Shown here: positions 28,412-38,451 of the stretch, piece by piece
Layout: every line of letters starts with the position of its first letter
Position numbering within the stretch: position 1 is the stretch's first letter
Assembly: GCA_902560275.1 (NCBI GenBank)
Contig: CACELJ010000001.1
Span: 74,009-138,008, forward strand
Reading direction: 5' to 3'
DNA length: 64,000 bases
DNA from: an uncultured SAR86 cluster bacterium
Lineage (GTDB): Bacteria; Pseudomonadota; Gammaproteobacteria; Magnimaribacterales; AG-339-G14
Position numbers and translations under genes: made by a program
The notes under the pieces: generated by a model
Told to the model about the DNA's origin: nothing
The model's input: the letters and a program-made list of their open reading frames with translations, nothing else
The model's database searches: none

Positions 28412-28777
28412 CTACTCTAAATCTAATGCATATTTTTTTAAAATCTCAATATCAATTATTGATGTAGATTTTTGATGGCTTTTTCTTAAGTAAACCATAG
28501 GCGCCTTTCCATTTTCGTATGCTTCAAGCCACCTATTTGCACAAACACACCACTTATCGCCTTCTTTTAATCCTGGAAAATCAAATTCTGGTCTAGGCGT
28601 AGATAAATCATTTCCCATACTTTTTGAAAATTCTAAAAAATCATTAGTTATTAACGTACAAACAGTATGCGTTCCTAAATCTAATTGATCAGTATTACAA
28701 AAACCATCTCTATAAAAACCTGTTATTGGATTTGTGCAGCACTCTTCTATATCTTCATTAAAAATATTTTTTTGCAT
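28412..28777 (-). CDS. DUF2237 domain protein
   Basis: Starts at MQKNIFNEDIEECCTNPITGFYRDGFCNT. It contains H-x-VC, GNDLSTP and GDKWCVCANRW, a Cys-rich pattern characteristic of DUF2237 as I recall it. Confidence 0.6.
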   Translation of the reverse strand: MQKNIFNEDIEECCTNPITGFYRDGFCNTDQLDLGTHTVCTLITNDFLEFSKSMGNDLSTPRPEFDFPGLKEGDKWCVCANRWLEAYENGKAPMVYLRKSHQKSTSIIDIEILKKYALDLE

Positions 28778-28778
28778 A

Positions 28779-29435
28779 TCATCTCCAGTGATCAAAATCT
28801 TTGAAATCAAAATAATTGATTCCAGATTTAACATTGAAAGAATTGTTAACCACTTGCTTTGCAACTGCCTTAGCTGAGATGCTTCTGAATTTTTTTAAAG
28901 GTCCGTATAAAAAAGGATCTACAAATATTGAAGCCATATCGGCCAAAAGAATATCAAATCGATGTATATTCCCTCTTAAATGTCCAGGTTGGATTATATT
29001 TGTAGAATCAAATCCAATGTTAATTATTTCTTTCTCTATCTTTCCTTTAGTATTCAAATAATAATTCCAAGAATGAGGATCGGCACCAACTGCTGAAATA
29101 ATCGATATATTTTTTGCTCCTGCATTTTTTGCTTTTTTTGCTATTTCAAGTTGATAAGTAAAATCTACCAAAAATAAATTTTTCTTAAGATTGTTATTCA
29201 TAATCCCCATTACATTATGAAACAAGAGTGAGTAACCCAGTGAAAGAAAGACATGATCTATTTGTGGAAGTTCTAATTCCGAAAGTTTTTTAAAATCTAT
29301 AATCAGTTGTTCTGTGTTCTTGGGCAAGTTATTAATCATCCTTCGACTTAAAGCCAAAGTCTTATTTTGAGAAAGGCTTAGTTCATTAAGAATTTTGCTT
29401 CCTAAGAATCCTGTCGATCCGGCTAACAAATTCAT
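28779..29435 (-). CDS. NAD(P)H-binding atypical SDR (NmrA/HTATIP2-like)
   Basis: 218 aa with an N-terminal GSTGFLGSKIL Rossmann motif. No YxxxK catalytic pair is obvious. Confidence 0.55.
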   Translation of the reverse strand: MNLLAGSTGFLGSKILNELSLSQNKTLALSRRMINNLPKNTEQLIIDFKKLSELELPQIDHVFLSLGYSLLFHNVMGIMNNNLKKNLFLVDFTYQLEIAKKAKNAGAKNISIISAVGADPHSWNYYLNTKGKIEKEIINIGFDSTNIIQPGHLRGNIHRFDILLADMASIFVDPFLYGPLKKFRSISAKAVAKQVVNNSFNVKSGINYFDFKDFDHWR

Positions 29436-30181
29436 CTATGAATACCCTTATTTAAATTATCAGCCACCCAGCTTATGGACCAATTATGTCCCAATTTATT
29501 ATTGTTATATGTGTCAGGAAGTCTAGTAACCTTGCTTCCTATGATTTCAACATTTTGTGGATCATAATTTAAATTTTGAAAAGCACCATCCAGTTTTTTG
29601 ATTGTTCTCCATTCGAATAAAGAGGATTTTTTAGGCACTTGAACAGGTGTTTTATAGTTGCATATGAGAGAGAGACTTCCTAAGCCTTTAAGCGGTGCTG
29701 CAATAGTATGAATCTCTATAGGTAATTCACCTGTCCATTCTTCCATAAAAGACGCTACTAATAATCCACCATAACTGTGACCAAATAAAATTACGTTTTG
29801 GATATTCTTATTCTCCTTCAATTTTTCCTGTATCAATTCATTAAGTATATTTATGGATGGATTAACACAAGAATTATCATCCCATCTAAAAAATGTGATT
29901 AAGTTTGTCTCTGAATTAATAACTTGCAGAGGATAAATCCATTCATATCCCCTACTATTATTCCCATGAACCGAGATAACTAAAGTTTTCTGCTTATTAT
30001 CAATAAGCTCTAATTCATGAAGACCGTTAGGCATCGCCATAAGTTTTAAGCCTGCTTCAAAAACATTATCAATCGATTTAAGTTGATTTAAATTAAGTTG
30101 TTTGTCATCTTCTAAAATTGTGTCACCAGAACAACTTATAAATAGAAACAGAAAAATTAGATTAAATAAAAATTTATTCAT
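29432..30181 (-). CDS. Lipoprotein, alpha/beta-hydrolase (serine esterase/lipase-like)
   Basis: Signal peptide with a lipobox (LFLFISC). The nucleophile elbow is GHSYGG. It overlaps the downstream gene by 4 nt. Confidence 0.6.
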   Translation of the reverse strand: MNKFLFNLIFLFLFISCSGDTILEDDKQLNLNQLKSIDNVFEAGLKLMAMPNGLHELELIDNKQKTLVISVHGNNSRGYEWIYPLQVINSETNLITFFRWDDNSCVNPSINILNELIQEKLKENKNIQNVILFGHSYGGLLVASFMEEWTGELPIEIHTIAAPLKGLGSLSLICNYKTPVQVPKKSSLFEWRTIKKLDGAFQNLNYDPQNVEIIGSKVTRLPDTYNNNKLGHNWSISWVADNLNKGIHR

Positions 30182-30201
30182 AAAGAAAATACTGGTAATT
30201 C

Positions 30202-31137
30202 CTAATTATTAAAAACAACTTTTATGGATCCAGAATTTTTATCATCAGCCACTTGAAATGCTTGTTGTGCATCTTCCAGATGAAATCTATGCGAAATGAT
30301 AGTTTTCCCTATTTCAATATTTTGAGATATTAATTTTGCAGCAACAGAAAAATCCCTCACTCCGTCTGTTGAGCTATACATAATAGAAGGAAACACTTGA
30401 ATTTCATTCATGATCATTCTCACTCCAGGTAAATTTATTCCGTTTAGAGGAATACCTAAAAGAATAAGCCATGAGCCAGGTTTGGCAGTCTTTGCAGATA
30501 ACTCAAGTGTTTGATCATTAGCAACACAATCAACAACCCGATCATAATATCCAGACAAATCACCTGCACCTAATTTTAATCCTGCTTCCTTCTGATGATC
30601 ATATTTTGCATACAAATCAACATCACAGCCTAAATGTTTAGCTGCAAGAACTGTGCATAAACCAATTGTTCCGCCACCAATAACAGCTACTCTATGTGAT
30701 TCATTTGTATTAGTTTTTATCAAACCATGCAGGGAGACTGCCAATGGTTCAACGAGACATCCGTCCTGCAATGGAACTTTCTTATCCAGCTCAAACAAAC
30801 AATGTTCAGGTACAAGTATTTTTTCTGCCATCCCCCCGTTAGATGATATGCCTAGACCTTGAGAATTGTTTTTGCAAATATGGTAGTCACCCTTATGGCA
30901 TAATGTGCAATCCCAACACGGAATGATAGGTTCAATTGCTACATGTTTTCCGTTAGAAGTTATGCCAGCTATCTCATGTCCTGCAACATGAGGAGAATGT
31001 GCACCGGAATTCAATAAATGAAGATCACTGCCACAAATTCCAGCTGAAACAATATCAACTAGAACACCTTCACCTTTGGGAGTTGGAGCGTTAGCGTTGA
31101 AGCGAACCTTTCCGTCGGCATAAGAAACTGCTTTCAT
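30202..31137 (-). CDS. Zinc-dependent alcohol/polyol dehydrogenase (MDR family)
   Basis: 311 aa with catalytic Zn ligands (CGSDLH, GHEIAG) and a structural Zn Cys cluster (CWDCTLCHKGDYHIC). The Rossmann motif is GGGTIGL. Confidence 0.8.
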   Translation of the reverse strand: MKAVSYADGKVRFNANAPTPKGEGVLVDIVSAGICGSDLHLLNSGAHSPHVAGHEIAGITSNGKHVAIEPIIPCWDCTLCHKGDYHICKNNSQGLGISSNGGMAEKILVPEHCLFELDKKVPLQDGCLVEPLAVSLHGLIKTNTNESHRVAVIGGGTIGLCTVLAAKHLGCDVDLYAKYDHQKEAGLKLGAGDLSGYYDRVVDCVANDQTLELSAKTAKPGSWLILLGIPLNGINLPGVRMIMNEIQVFPSIMYSSTDGVRDFSVAAKLISQNIEIGKTIISHRFHLEDAQQAFQVADDKNSGSIKVVFNN

Positions 31138-31148
31138 AACTTAGTCTC

Positions 31149-31538
31149 TCATAATCTTTTAAGTGCACATAGTTTGTTACCCGAAGGATCTCTCAGATAT
31201 GCTAAATAAATTTTAATCTCATCGTATTGTCTGATTCCAGGTGGGTCTTCAATTGATTCTCCACCATTCTCTATTCCGGCTTTATGCCATTCATCTCCCA
31301 TTGATTCGTCTATTATATTAAAACCAATAGTGGACCCATTGGCTGAAGTAGCAGGCCTATTATTTATAGGTTCAGATATGCAAAAGGTCATTCCATCCAA
31401 AAAATAGAAATATCTTTTTTGCCCTGTTAAATTTGGAAATAACCTTCCTTCATCAGCGCCCAATACACCAAGAACTTTATCGTAAAACAATTTTGATTTC
31501 TCTATATCGTTTGCACCTACCATGATATGACTAAACAT
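31149..31538 (-). CDS. VOC family protein (glyoxalase/bleomycin-resistance/dioxygenase fold)
   Basis: Starts MFSHIMVGANDIEKSKLFYDKVLG, a typical VOC N-terminus. The C-terminal AYLRDPSGNKL motif is present. Confidence 0.7.
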   Translation of the reverse strand: MFSHIMVGANDIEKSKLFYDKVLGVLGADEGRLFPNLTGQKRYFYFLDGMTFCISEPINNRPATSANGSTIGFNIIDESMGDEWHKAGIENGGESIEDPPGIRQYDEIKIYLAYLRDPSGNKLCALKRL

Positions 31539-31549
31539 ATTTTTTCCTC

Positions 31550-32458
31550 TCAATAATTTAAATCAGGTATATCTTTTAAGAACGGCATAGAAGCGGCGGC
31601 TCCTTTTTTGGATACTGAAATGCTAGCAACTTTGTTTGCAAATTTACTAGCAGCCAATAAATCTTTACCATTCAAGATCCCATAACTCATTGCGCCTACA
31701 AAACAATCCCCTGCTCCAACAGTATCGATAGCCTTAACCTTTTCTCCAGCTATAAAAGTTTTTTTTCCTTTTGAAAATATCAAAACACCCTTTTTTCCTA
31801 AAGTAACAATCAAGTCAATAGATCTTAATAACTCAGGAAAGTTAATATCGTCTATATTTAAATCTTGGTTAATCAAATTAAGTTCAATCCCCGATAGCTC
31901 TAAAAATTCTATTTCATTTACAATTAAAACATCTGTCAATGTCAGTATCTCGGATCTGATTTTTTTGTAAGGTGCAAGATTTAGAATAGTTTTGCAATTA
32001 TTTTGTTTTGCTCTTTTAAATAAATTAAACGTTTCTTTTTCATTTACTTCCATTTGACAAATGATTATTTCGGCTTCAGATAAAGAACCTTCATCTATAT
32101 ACGTATGCTGAGTCAATTGATTTGTTCCGGGATATGAAATTACTTCATTGTTTGAGTTTTCTAGAACATTTATTAAAGCAGTACCTGACTGTCCTGCTTT
32201 TGAATTTATAAGAGAAGTATCGATATTTTCAGATGAAATCATTCTTATTAATTTCTCTCCAAATTCATCTTTACCGACAGTTCCTGCAAAAGCAACTTCT
32301 GCTCCTAATCTTGATGCTGCTACAGCTTGATTTGCTCCCTTGCCTCCCAAATAAAATTCTATAGATGATGCAGTGATAGTTTCTCCTTCACGTGCGGACC
32401 TAGGAATGTATGCAAATAAATCCATGTTTATACCGCCAAACACAATCACTTTCGCCAT
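31550..32458 (-). CDS. rbsK: Ribokinase (PfkB family)
   Basis: 302 aa with GGKGANQAVAASRLG (ribokinase signature 1) and DTVGAGDCFVGA (PfkB signature 2). Confidence 0.75.
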   Translation of the reverse strand: MAKVIVFGGINMDLFAYIPRSAREGETITASSIEFYLGGKGANQAVAASRLGAEVAFAGTVGKDEFGEKLIRMISSENIDTSLINSKAGQSGTALINVLENSNNEVISYPGTNQLTQHTYIDEGSLSEAEIIICQMEVNEKETFNLFKRAKQNNCKTILNLAPYKKIRSEILTLTDVLIVNEIEFLELSGIELNLINQDLNIDDINFPELLRSIDLIVTLGKKGVLIFSKGKKTFIAGEKVKAIDTVGAGDCFVGAMSYGILNGKDLLAASKFANKVASISVSKKGAAASMPFLKDIPDLNY

Positions 32459-32460
32459 AC

Positions 32461-33507
32461 CTAATTATTAAGTTTTTCTGTGATTGTTATCGTTCTCTGT
32501 ATCAAATCTTCAAGTCTAAGCTCTCCTAATCCTGCGATGGATGTATTAACTTTGCCATTCCATGGTAGGTGCCATTTTTCTGGAACATTACAATCAGCAA
32601 GACCAACCAAGCCTCCTACAGTAGCCCCATTACAATCTGTATCCCATCCTGCGGCAACAGCTTCTCCAACAGCTTGATCAAAAGATTCAGAAAAACTAAG
32701 AAATGCCCAAACAACAACAGCTAAATTATTTAAACTATGAACAGGTGACATGCTTTTATATTTTTTTAAAATTTCATTAATATTCCTATTAGAATTTTTA
32801 ATACCTATCTGTACTGCATCAAATGCAGAAGAGTCTTGATCAATTAATTTAAGGGCTTCTTCTACAGCTTTTTTTCTCCCATCAGTCGAAGGAATAGCTG
32901 CTGCTAGAGCTGCAATAAATGCTGAACATTCAACTGCGCATCCCCTATGAGATAACTTTGCATCAGTTCTAGCAAGCTGAGCAGCTTTCTCTGGTTTTCC
33001 TGGAAGAGTCCACCCATACATATCTATTCTTATTTGAGCTCCAATCCAATCATTAAATTTATTATCGCTTGCTATGTTTAGATCAAAATCTCTTTCACCT
33101 CCAAATTGATAACTAAAATTCATATTTTCAAGAATTTTTATATACGCCTCTCTTTCAGCAGTAAAAGTTGCACCAGCGGGTAGCATGTTTATCCATGATC
33201 GGGCTACATCATCAGTTGTTAAATCAAGACCATATTGTTCAAGCATCATCAGTGCTAAAACTGTGTAAGTAATGTCGTCATCAATTTCAGCTTTAGATAT
33301 TTGATTTTTACAGCAATTGAGGGCGACGCCTCTTATGTTAGGGTTTTCTATATAGTTTACGTAATCTCTTAAAGGTAAAGAATTTGCGTCTTGTAAATAT
33401 TTTTGAAGTGAATCAAAACCCTCTCTCATGGATAACATTTCCAATGGTTTGCCTAAAAGACATCCTGAAATTCTTCCTTGCCAAGCTGCTCTAATCCTTT
33501 CTTCCAT
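32461..33507 (-). CDS. ADP-ribosylglycohydrolase family protein
   Basis: I prefer the start at MEERIRAAWQGRISGCLLGKPLE. The motifs DDDITYT and GWDTDCNGATVGGLVG are typical ARH-fold metal-binding motifs. Confidence 0.8.
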   Translation of the reverse strand: MEERIRAAWQGRISGCLLGKPLEMLSMREGFDSLQKYLQDANSLPLRDYVNYIENPNIRGVALNCCKNQISKAEIDDDITYTVLALMMLEQYGLDLTTDDVARSWINMLPAGATFTAEREAYIKILENMNFSYQFGGERDFDLNIASDNKFNDWIGAQIRIDMYGWTLPGKPEKAAQLARTDAKLSHRGCAVECSAFIAALAAAIPSTDGRKKAVEEALKLIDQDSSAFDAVQIGIKNSNRNINEILKKYKSMSPVHSLNNLAVVVWAFLSFSESFDQAVGEAVAAGWDTDCNGATVGGLVGLADCNVPEKWHLPWNGKVNTSIAGLGELRLEDLIQRTITITEKLNN

Positions 33508-33591
33508 AAAAAACCTCAAAGATAAATTGACATAAAGAAAATGAATAATCAATATGATAAAAATTCATTTCAATGAATATTGGGAGATTCA

Positions 33592-35040
33592 ATGATATAT
33601 AAAACTGTTACTGAGTTAGTAAAATTAATTCAAAAGAAAGAGGTTTCTTCAGTAGAAATATTAGATAGTTTACTAAAGAGAATTAAAGATAAAAATCCTC
33701 AGATAAATGCAGTAGTAGCTCTTGATGCTGATAGAGCTATGGAAAAGGCTAGAAAGGCTGATGAACTTACCATGCAAGGAAAAAAAATAGGTCCTTTGCA
33801 TGGAATTCCAATGACTATAAAAGATGCTTATGAAGTCAAAGGTTTAGTCTCTACTGGAGGCGATCCGAATTGGAAGAATAATATTCCAAGCAAGAATGCA
33901 GAAGCAGTCCAGCATTTAGTTAATGCGGGAGCTATCATTTTTGGAAAGACAAATGTTCCTTATCACTCCGCAGATATACAAAGTTACAATGAAATATATG
34001 GGGTATCTAACAACCCATGGGATTTTGAACGAACTCCAGGAGGTTCCTCTGGAGGATCTGCTGCTTCTCTTGCAGCTGGAATGTCCCCTTTAGAGTTAGG
34101 TTCTGATATAGGTGGATCAATTAGAACTCCTGCTCATTTTTGTGGAGTTTATGGACATAAGCCTACATATAATATTGTCTCAGAAGTTGGGCATTTACCC
34201 CCACCACCAGGATTTATTCTCACCGGAAATGGCTTGTCAGTTGCAGGACCTCTTGCAAGAAGTCCAGAAGATCTTGAAATTGCAATGAAAGTTTTAGCTG
34301 CCCCTCAATCTCAAGACAGTATTGCTTGGAGCATAAAATTGCCTAAACCAAAAATTAATGATGTCAAGAAATTGAAAGTTGCTGTATGGCCAGAAGAGGA
34401 ATCAGCAGAAATTGATGAACAAATAAGAAGTCTCATTGACGAAACCGCCGAGGATCTGAGATCAGCTGGCGCTCAAGTTGAAGAGGTTTCTCCACCTTTT
34501 ACGTTTAATCAAGTTGACGATATTTACAGCAAACTCGTCCATCCAATCATGTCAGCAGGAGCTGATAAAGACACACTTGCCTCCGCAGACGCGCTTGCCT
34601 TAGATCTCAAGGATGATGATTTTTCTGAACTAGCTAAAATTGCGAGAGGTACTTCATTGAGAGCTCGTGATTATGTAGTTAATAATGCCAGAAGGCATTT
34701 CATTAAACAAAAATGGCAAAAATTTTTTGATGAATACCATGTCATGCTATCTCCAGTGTGCGCTGTTCCAGCGATTAAACACAATCATGGACCATTAATT
34801 GACAGAACAATTACTGTAAACGGAAAAGAAAAACAATATTGGCATACTACTATATGGGCCGGGCCTGTTGTGATGGCTAACCTTCCAAGCACAAGCGTAC
34901 CAATTGGATTGACAAAAGAAGGTTTACCAGTAAATCTACAAGTGATAGGTCCTCATCTTCATGATTTAACCTGTATTGAAGTCTCAAAAATGATTAGAGA
35001 TATTAGAGGTGGCTTTAGAATCCCGCCTGGTTTTGAGTAG
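33592..35040 (+). CDS. Amidase (amidase-signature family)
   Basis: AS motif GGSSGGSAASLAAG...GSDIGGSIRTPA. The ATG at 33592 is preceded by GGGAG with a 5-nt spacer. The track start at 33580 is a TTG. Confidence 0.85.
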   Translation: MIYKTVTELVKLIQKKEVSSVEILDSLLKRIKDKNPQINAVVALDADRAMEKARKADELTMQGKKIGPLHGIPMTIKDAYEVKGLVSTGGDPNWKNNIPSKNAEAVQHLVNAGAIIFGKTNVPYHSADIQSYNEIYGVSNNPWDFERTPGGSSGGSAASLAAGMSPLELGSDIGGSIRTPAHFCGVYGHKPTYNIVSEVGHLPPPPGFILTGNGLSVAGPLARSPEDLEIAMKVLAAPQSQDSIAWSIKLPKPKINDVKKLKVAVWPEEESAEIDEQIRSLIDETAEDLRSAGAQVEEVSPPFTFNQVDDIYSKLVHPIMSAGADKDTLASADALALDLKDDDFSELAKIARGTSLRARDYVVNNARRHFIKQKWQKFFDEYHVMLSPVCAVPAIKHNHGPLIDRTITVNGKEKQYWHTTIWAGPVVMANLPSTSVPIGLTKEGLPVNLQVIGPHLHDLTCIEVSKMIRDIRGGFRIPPGFE

Positions 35041-35041
35041 C

Positions 35042-35818
35042 TTATTTTTTAAACCAATCTAGGTAAGATCCCATAACAGCAGAGAATTCTTCTCTTTCAG
35101 AAAGCTCTATCAAATGATTAATAGTTTTAGGATATGAAATTTTTACATTTTTTGAAATTATCTCAAAACCTTGATTAGCCAGTGATTCCTCGTAATGACC
35201 TTCTCGCAAGAATTGAGAAAAATCACAAACAAATGAAATATCTGCAAGAGATAGCTTATTTCCAGCAATATATTTATTGGTAGACAAGGAAAGTTCAATT
35301 CCGTCTAAATAAAATTCATATGCAGATGTCATTCTCTCATAAGTGTAAGAATTCAAATTTTCTATCGATAAAATATAAACTTGATGTTCTCTTGAAAAAA
35401 CTAGATTTGCATCTAAGAAACTATCAATTCTGGAACTAAGTGAAGAATCTTTTCCGCCGTAAAGTTCAGTTGAAGAGCTAATTCTATTTACTGCTCTCAT
35501 AATACTGTTGGATTCAAAAACGCCTATTTTATTCTCTCCTACGAAGGCTGCGGGCACTGTTCCAAATGGATGTTGAATGAGGAATTCTGATGTTTTAAAA
35601 AGATCTCCGGTGAAGCCCCTTTTGCCTTCTAACCTATGAGGACTGCTTTGTTTTTCCTCTTCTTCTAAAATTCTTGCGTCATAATCCCAGAGCCAGTTTG
35701 GAAGGTTTTTTGGTTTATCACCAATGACCTCAACTTCAACATTGCATAATTTCCCAGCAATAACTGCTTTCCAGACTCTGGGATTTGGTAAATATGAGAA
35801 TATTCTGATCTTTGACAT
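35042..35818 (-). CDS. Glutathione S-transferase-like protein
   Basis: I prefer the start MSKIRIFSYLPNPRVWK. It has a thioredoxin-like N-domain (FGTVPA...ESNSIMRAV) and a helical C-domain (SLADISF). It resembles EF1B-gamma-type GSTs. Confidence 0.55.
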   Translation of the reverse strand: MSKIRIFSYLPNPRVWKAVIAGKLCNVEVEVIGDKPKNLPNWLWDYDARILEEEEKQSSPHRLEGKRGFTGDLFKTSEFLIQHPFGTVPAAFVGENKIGVFESNSIMRAVNRISSSTELYGGKDSSLSSRIDSFLDANLVFSREHQVYILSIENLNSYTYERMTSAYEFYLDGIELSLSTNKYIAGNKLSLADISFVCDFSQFLREGHYEESLANQGFEIISKNVKISYPKTINHLIELSEREEFSAVMGSYLDWFKK

Positions 35819-35825
35819 TAATATT

Positions 35826-36404
35826 TTATCCGAGGGATTTTGAAAAAAAGTGTTTCCGGCATAAAGAAATATAGGTTTCATTTCCACCAATTAGAATCTG
35901 ATCACCCTCTTCAACAATTTTTCCATCTTCAGAAACTCTAACAATCATTGTAGCTTTTCTTCCGCACCAGCAAATCGTCTTAATTTCTTTTATATTGTCT
36001 GCCCAAGCTAAGAGATATTTACTTCCTTCAAATAATTTTCCCTGAAAATCCGTCCTGATGCCAAAGGTTAAAACAGGAATATCAAAATCATCTACTATTG
36101 TAGATATTTGTTTGATTTGCTTCTTTTTTAAAAATTGAGCTTCATCGATTAAGACACAGGCAATTTTTTTTATTTTTGATGCAGTCTTAAAAAGTTCAAA
36201 TAAATTTGTATTTTCATCAAAAACTTCAGCTTTCTTAGAAAGACCTATTCTTGAAGTAATGTTTCCTTTTCCACCCCTATCATCCTTTTGAGAAGTAATT
36301 ATCAGTGTATCCATTCCTCGCTCTTGATAATTATGGCTTGCCTGAAGCAATGCTGTTGATTTACCAGCATTCATAGATGAATAATTAAAATATAATTTAG
36401 CCAA
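35826..36404 (-). CDS. tdk: Thymidine kinase
   Basis: (M)[20 protein letters not shown] matches E. coli Tdk [21 protein letters not shown]. DEAQF and the Zn ribbon C-x-CG...CRKH are present. I infer a TTG start at 36404..36402, because the track ORF extends further upstream without homology. Confidence 0.85.
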   Translation of the reverse strand: [192 protein letters not shown]

Positions 36405-36439
36405 GTCTAAAAGGTTAAAAATACAATATAATTGAATTA

Positions 36440-37060
36440 ATGAGTTTTTACGAAAAAAAAATATTACCCAAAGTTCTTGATTTGCTTTGCGGATCATCTC
36501 CTATTAATTATCAGAGAAAAAAAATTGTTCCTAAAGTAAGTGGTAATGTTCTTGAAATTGGAATTGGCTCTGGATTGAATCTTCCGCATTACAATGTTTC
36601 CAATATAAGCAACATAACTGCTTTAGATCCAGCAGAAGAATTAACTGATATTGCAAAAAAAAGAATTTCTGAATTAGATCTCGATATTGATGTAATAAAC
36701 TGTGGAGCTGAAGAAATTCCACTAGAATCAAAATCCTTTGATTCAATACTTGTTACTTATACCTTGTGCTCTATTGAAAACTTAGACGATTCGATGAAGG
36801 AAATAAGAAGAGTAATCAAGGATGATGGAACACTATTTTTTTGCGAACACGGAATTGCTCCCGACCTAAAAACAAAGAATTGGCAAAATAGGATAAATCC
36901 TATTTGGAAAAGGTTAATGGGTGGATGCAATATCAATAGGGACATACCTGAAATAATTTCTAACTCAAAATTAGAGATTGTAGATCTAGAGACAATGTTC
37001 CTTCCAGGTACGCCTAGAATTGCGGGTTTTAATTATTGGGGAACAGCAAGAACTAATTAG
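36440..37060 (+). CDS. Class I SAM-dependent methyltransferase
   Basis: 206 aa. Motif I is VLEIGIGSGLNL, with a post-I acidic residue (ALDPAEE). The fold pattern is of the Methyltransf_11 type. Confidence 0.7.
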   Translation: MSFYEKKILPKVLDLLCGSSPINYQRKKIVPKVSGNVLEIGIGSGLNLPHYNVSNISNITALDPAEELTDIAKKRISELDLDIDVINCGAEEIPLESKSFDSILVTYTLCSIENLDDSMKEIRRVIKDDGTLFFCEHGIAPDLKTKNWQNRINPIWKRLMGGCNINRDIPEIISNSKLEIVDLETMFLPGTPRIAGFNYWGTARTN

Positions 37061-37062
37061 AT

Positions 37063-37443
37063 TCAATAAGTCAGACATCTGTAAGTAATTTGGCTTTTAT
37101 GTTTTCCTGAATCGAATATTTCTTTTAATTCACCTTTTTCAATATCAAGCATCAAATTCCAATTGCCATAAGAATTATTTAAATTGGCAATTTTTTTATT
37201 AGCTTTAATAAATTTCTTACTCTTTCCTGTAATTTTGTATTTCAAAGGTGTAAGTTTAAATTTTTGTGGGTATTTTAGAATTTCATTTTTTTTAAAATCT
37301 ATTTCGTAAATTAATACCATCCTAGTCTGGTCGATGGTTTTTTTTCCTTTCTCGTAATGGACACTTTGAACATTCTCACAATTTAATTTCATATCCATTG
37401 AAAAAAGAAAGGGTGTGAATAAAAGAAGAATTAAATATTTCAT
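37063..37443 (-). CDS. Small secreted hypothetical protein
   Basis: The internal start MKYLILLLFTPFLFS looks like a signal peptide. The mature part is Lys-rich and about 110 aa. No family is recognised. Confidence 0.4.
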   Translation of the reverse strand: MKYLILLLFTPFLFSMDMKLNCENVQSVHYEKGKKTIDQTRMVLIYEIDFKKNEILKYPQKFKLTPLKYKITGKSKKFIKANKKIANLNNSYGNWNLMLDIEKGELKEIFDSGKHKSQITYRCLTY

Positions 37444-37456
37444 TCCTAAAATACAA

Positions 37457-38428
37457 CTAAACGCCCTCAGAATTACCAAATGTCTTAGTAATATCTGGTC
37501 CCCATTGCATTCCTGCAGCTTCTGAAATGTCAATAACTCCTGGTTTTACTTGATTATCAAACAAATCTCCATCAGTTTGATGTTCATGAACGTGCCCGTA
37601 GGGAGAACGCCAATAGTCGAAAATTTGACTTCCTGCATAGTGTCTTCCTATACCCCATTCATGTTTATAATTTTTATCTTTAAGAACTTCATGACCTAAA
37701 AAAATGTCATCCACTTCAACAACTTCATAGGCGCAGTGGTTTAATCCACTTTTAAGATCTGATGAAAGATTACTCTGCAGTAAAAATGAATGATGATCAG
37801 TTAATTTTTTTCCAAGATCACATCTACAAAATAGAGCTACATAAATACCAGATCCTTTACCTAGTTCCACTTTATCGGAAGGAATAAGACCTAAATGTTT
37901 GTTATACCAATCAAAAGAAACGGATGGATCATTAACGTTGATTGCTAGATGCCCAAGCTTTTTTATTTTAGAACTTCGAGGCTTGCCAACTCTTCTAGGT
38001 TGATTTTTTCTTAGGCTAGTTTCTTTTCCAATTCCTCCAGAATTAAATGGTTCTGCAATGAGATCTTTCTTATTAAACTTTTTCGTTTTCATGCCAAATA
38101 TCACTTCAACTTTCAAGCCATCTGGATCGAGGGCTTCGACCATAAAACCGCCTCCAGGAGATTTTAATTTTTTTACTTCGCTAAAATCTTTTGATTTAGA
38201 TAATTTATTTAAGTCGTCTATCGATTTTGCATAAAAAGCAGAGCCAATAAACTTCTTTTTTCCTTTTATTGTCTTATGTATAAATTTATGTGGACCCAAA
38301 CCTTGCATGTAAAGTTCAGTATTAGTCTTTTTTGTAGTAACTAATCCAAAATCTTTAAGAAATGCTTCCTGCTTATTTAAACTTGGTACTTGCAAAATAG
38401 GGTATGCAACATCTATAACTTTAATCAT
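37457..38428 (-). CDS. Two-domain VOC-fold protein, extradiol ring-cleavage dioxygenase-like
   Basis: 323 aa with two glyoxalase-like modules (KLGHLAINV...; HH..L, NHCAYEV, H-E motifs). It is divergent from an aromatic-type FAD monooxygenase. Confidence 0.6.
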   Translation of the reverse strand: MIKVIDVAYPILQVPSLNKQEAFLKDFGLVTTKKTNTELYMQGLGPHKFIHKTIKGKKKFIGSAFYAKSIDDLNKLSKSKDFSEVKKLKSPGGGFMVEALDPDGLKVEVIFGMKTKKFNKKDLIAEPFNSGGIGKETSLRKNQPRRVGKPRSSKIKKLGHLAINVNDPSVSFDWYNKHLGLIPSDKVELGKGSGIYVALFCRCDLGKKLTDHHSFLLQSNLSSDLKSGLNHCAYEVVEVDDIFLGHEVLKDKNYKHEWGIGRHYAGSQIFDYWRSPYGHVHEHQTDGDLFDNQVKPGVIDISEAAGMQWGPDITKTFGNSEGV

Positions 38429-38451
38429 CTTTTTATTCTAAAATATTTTAA

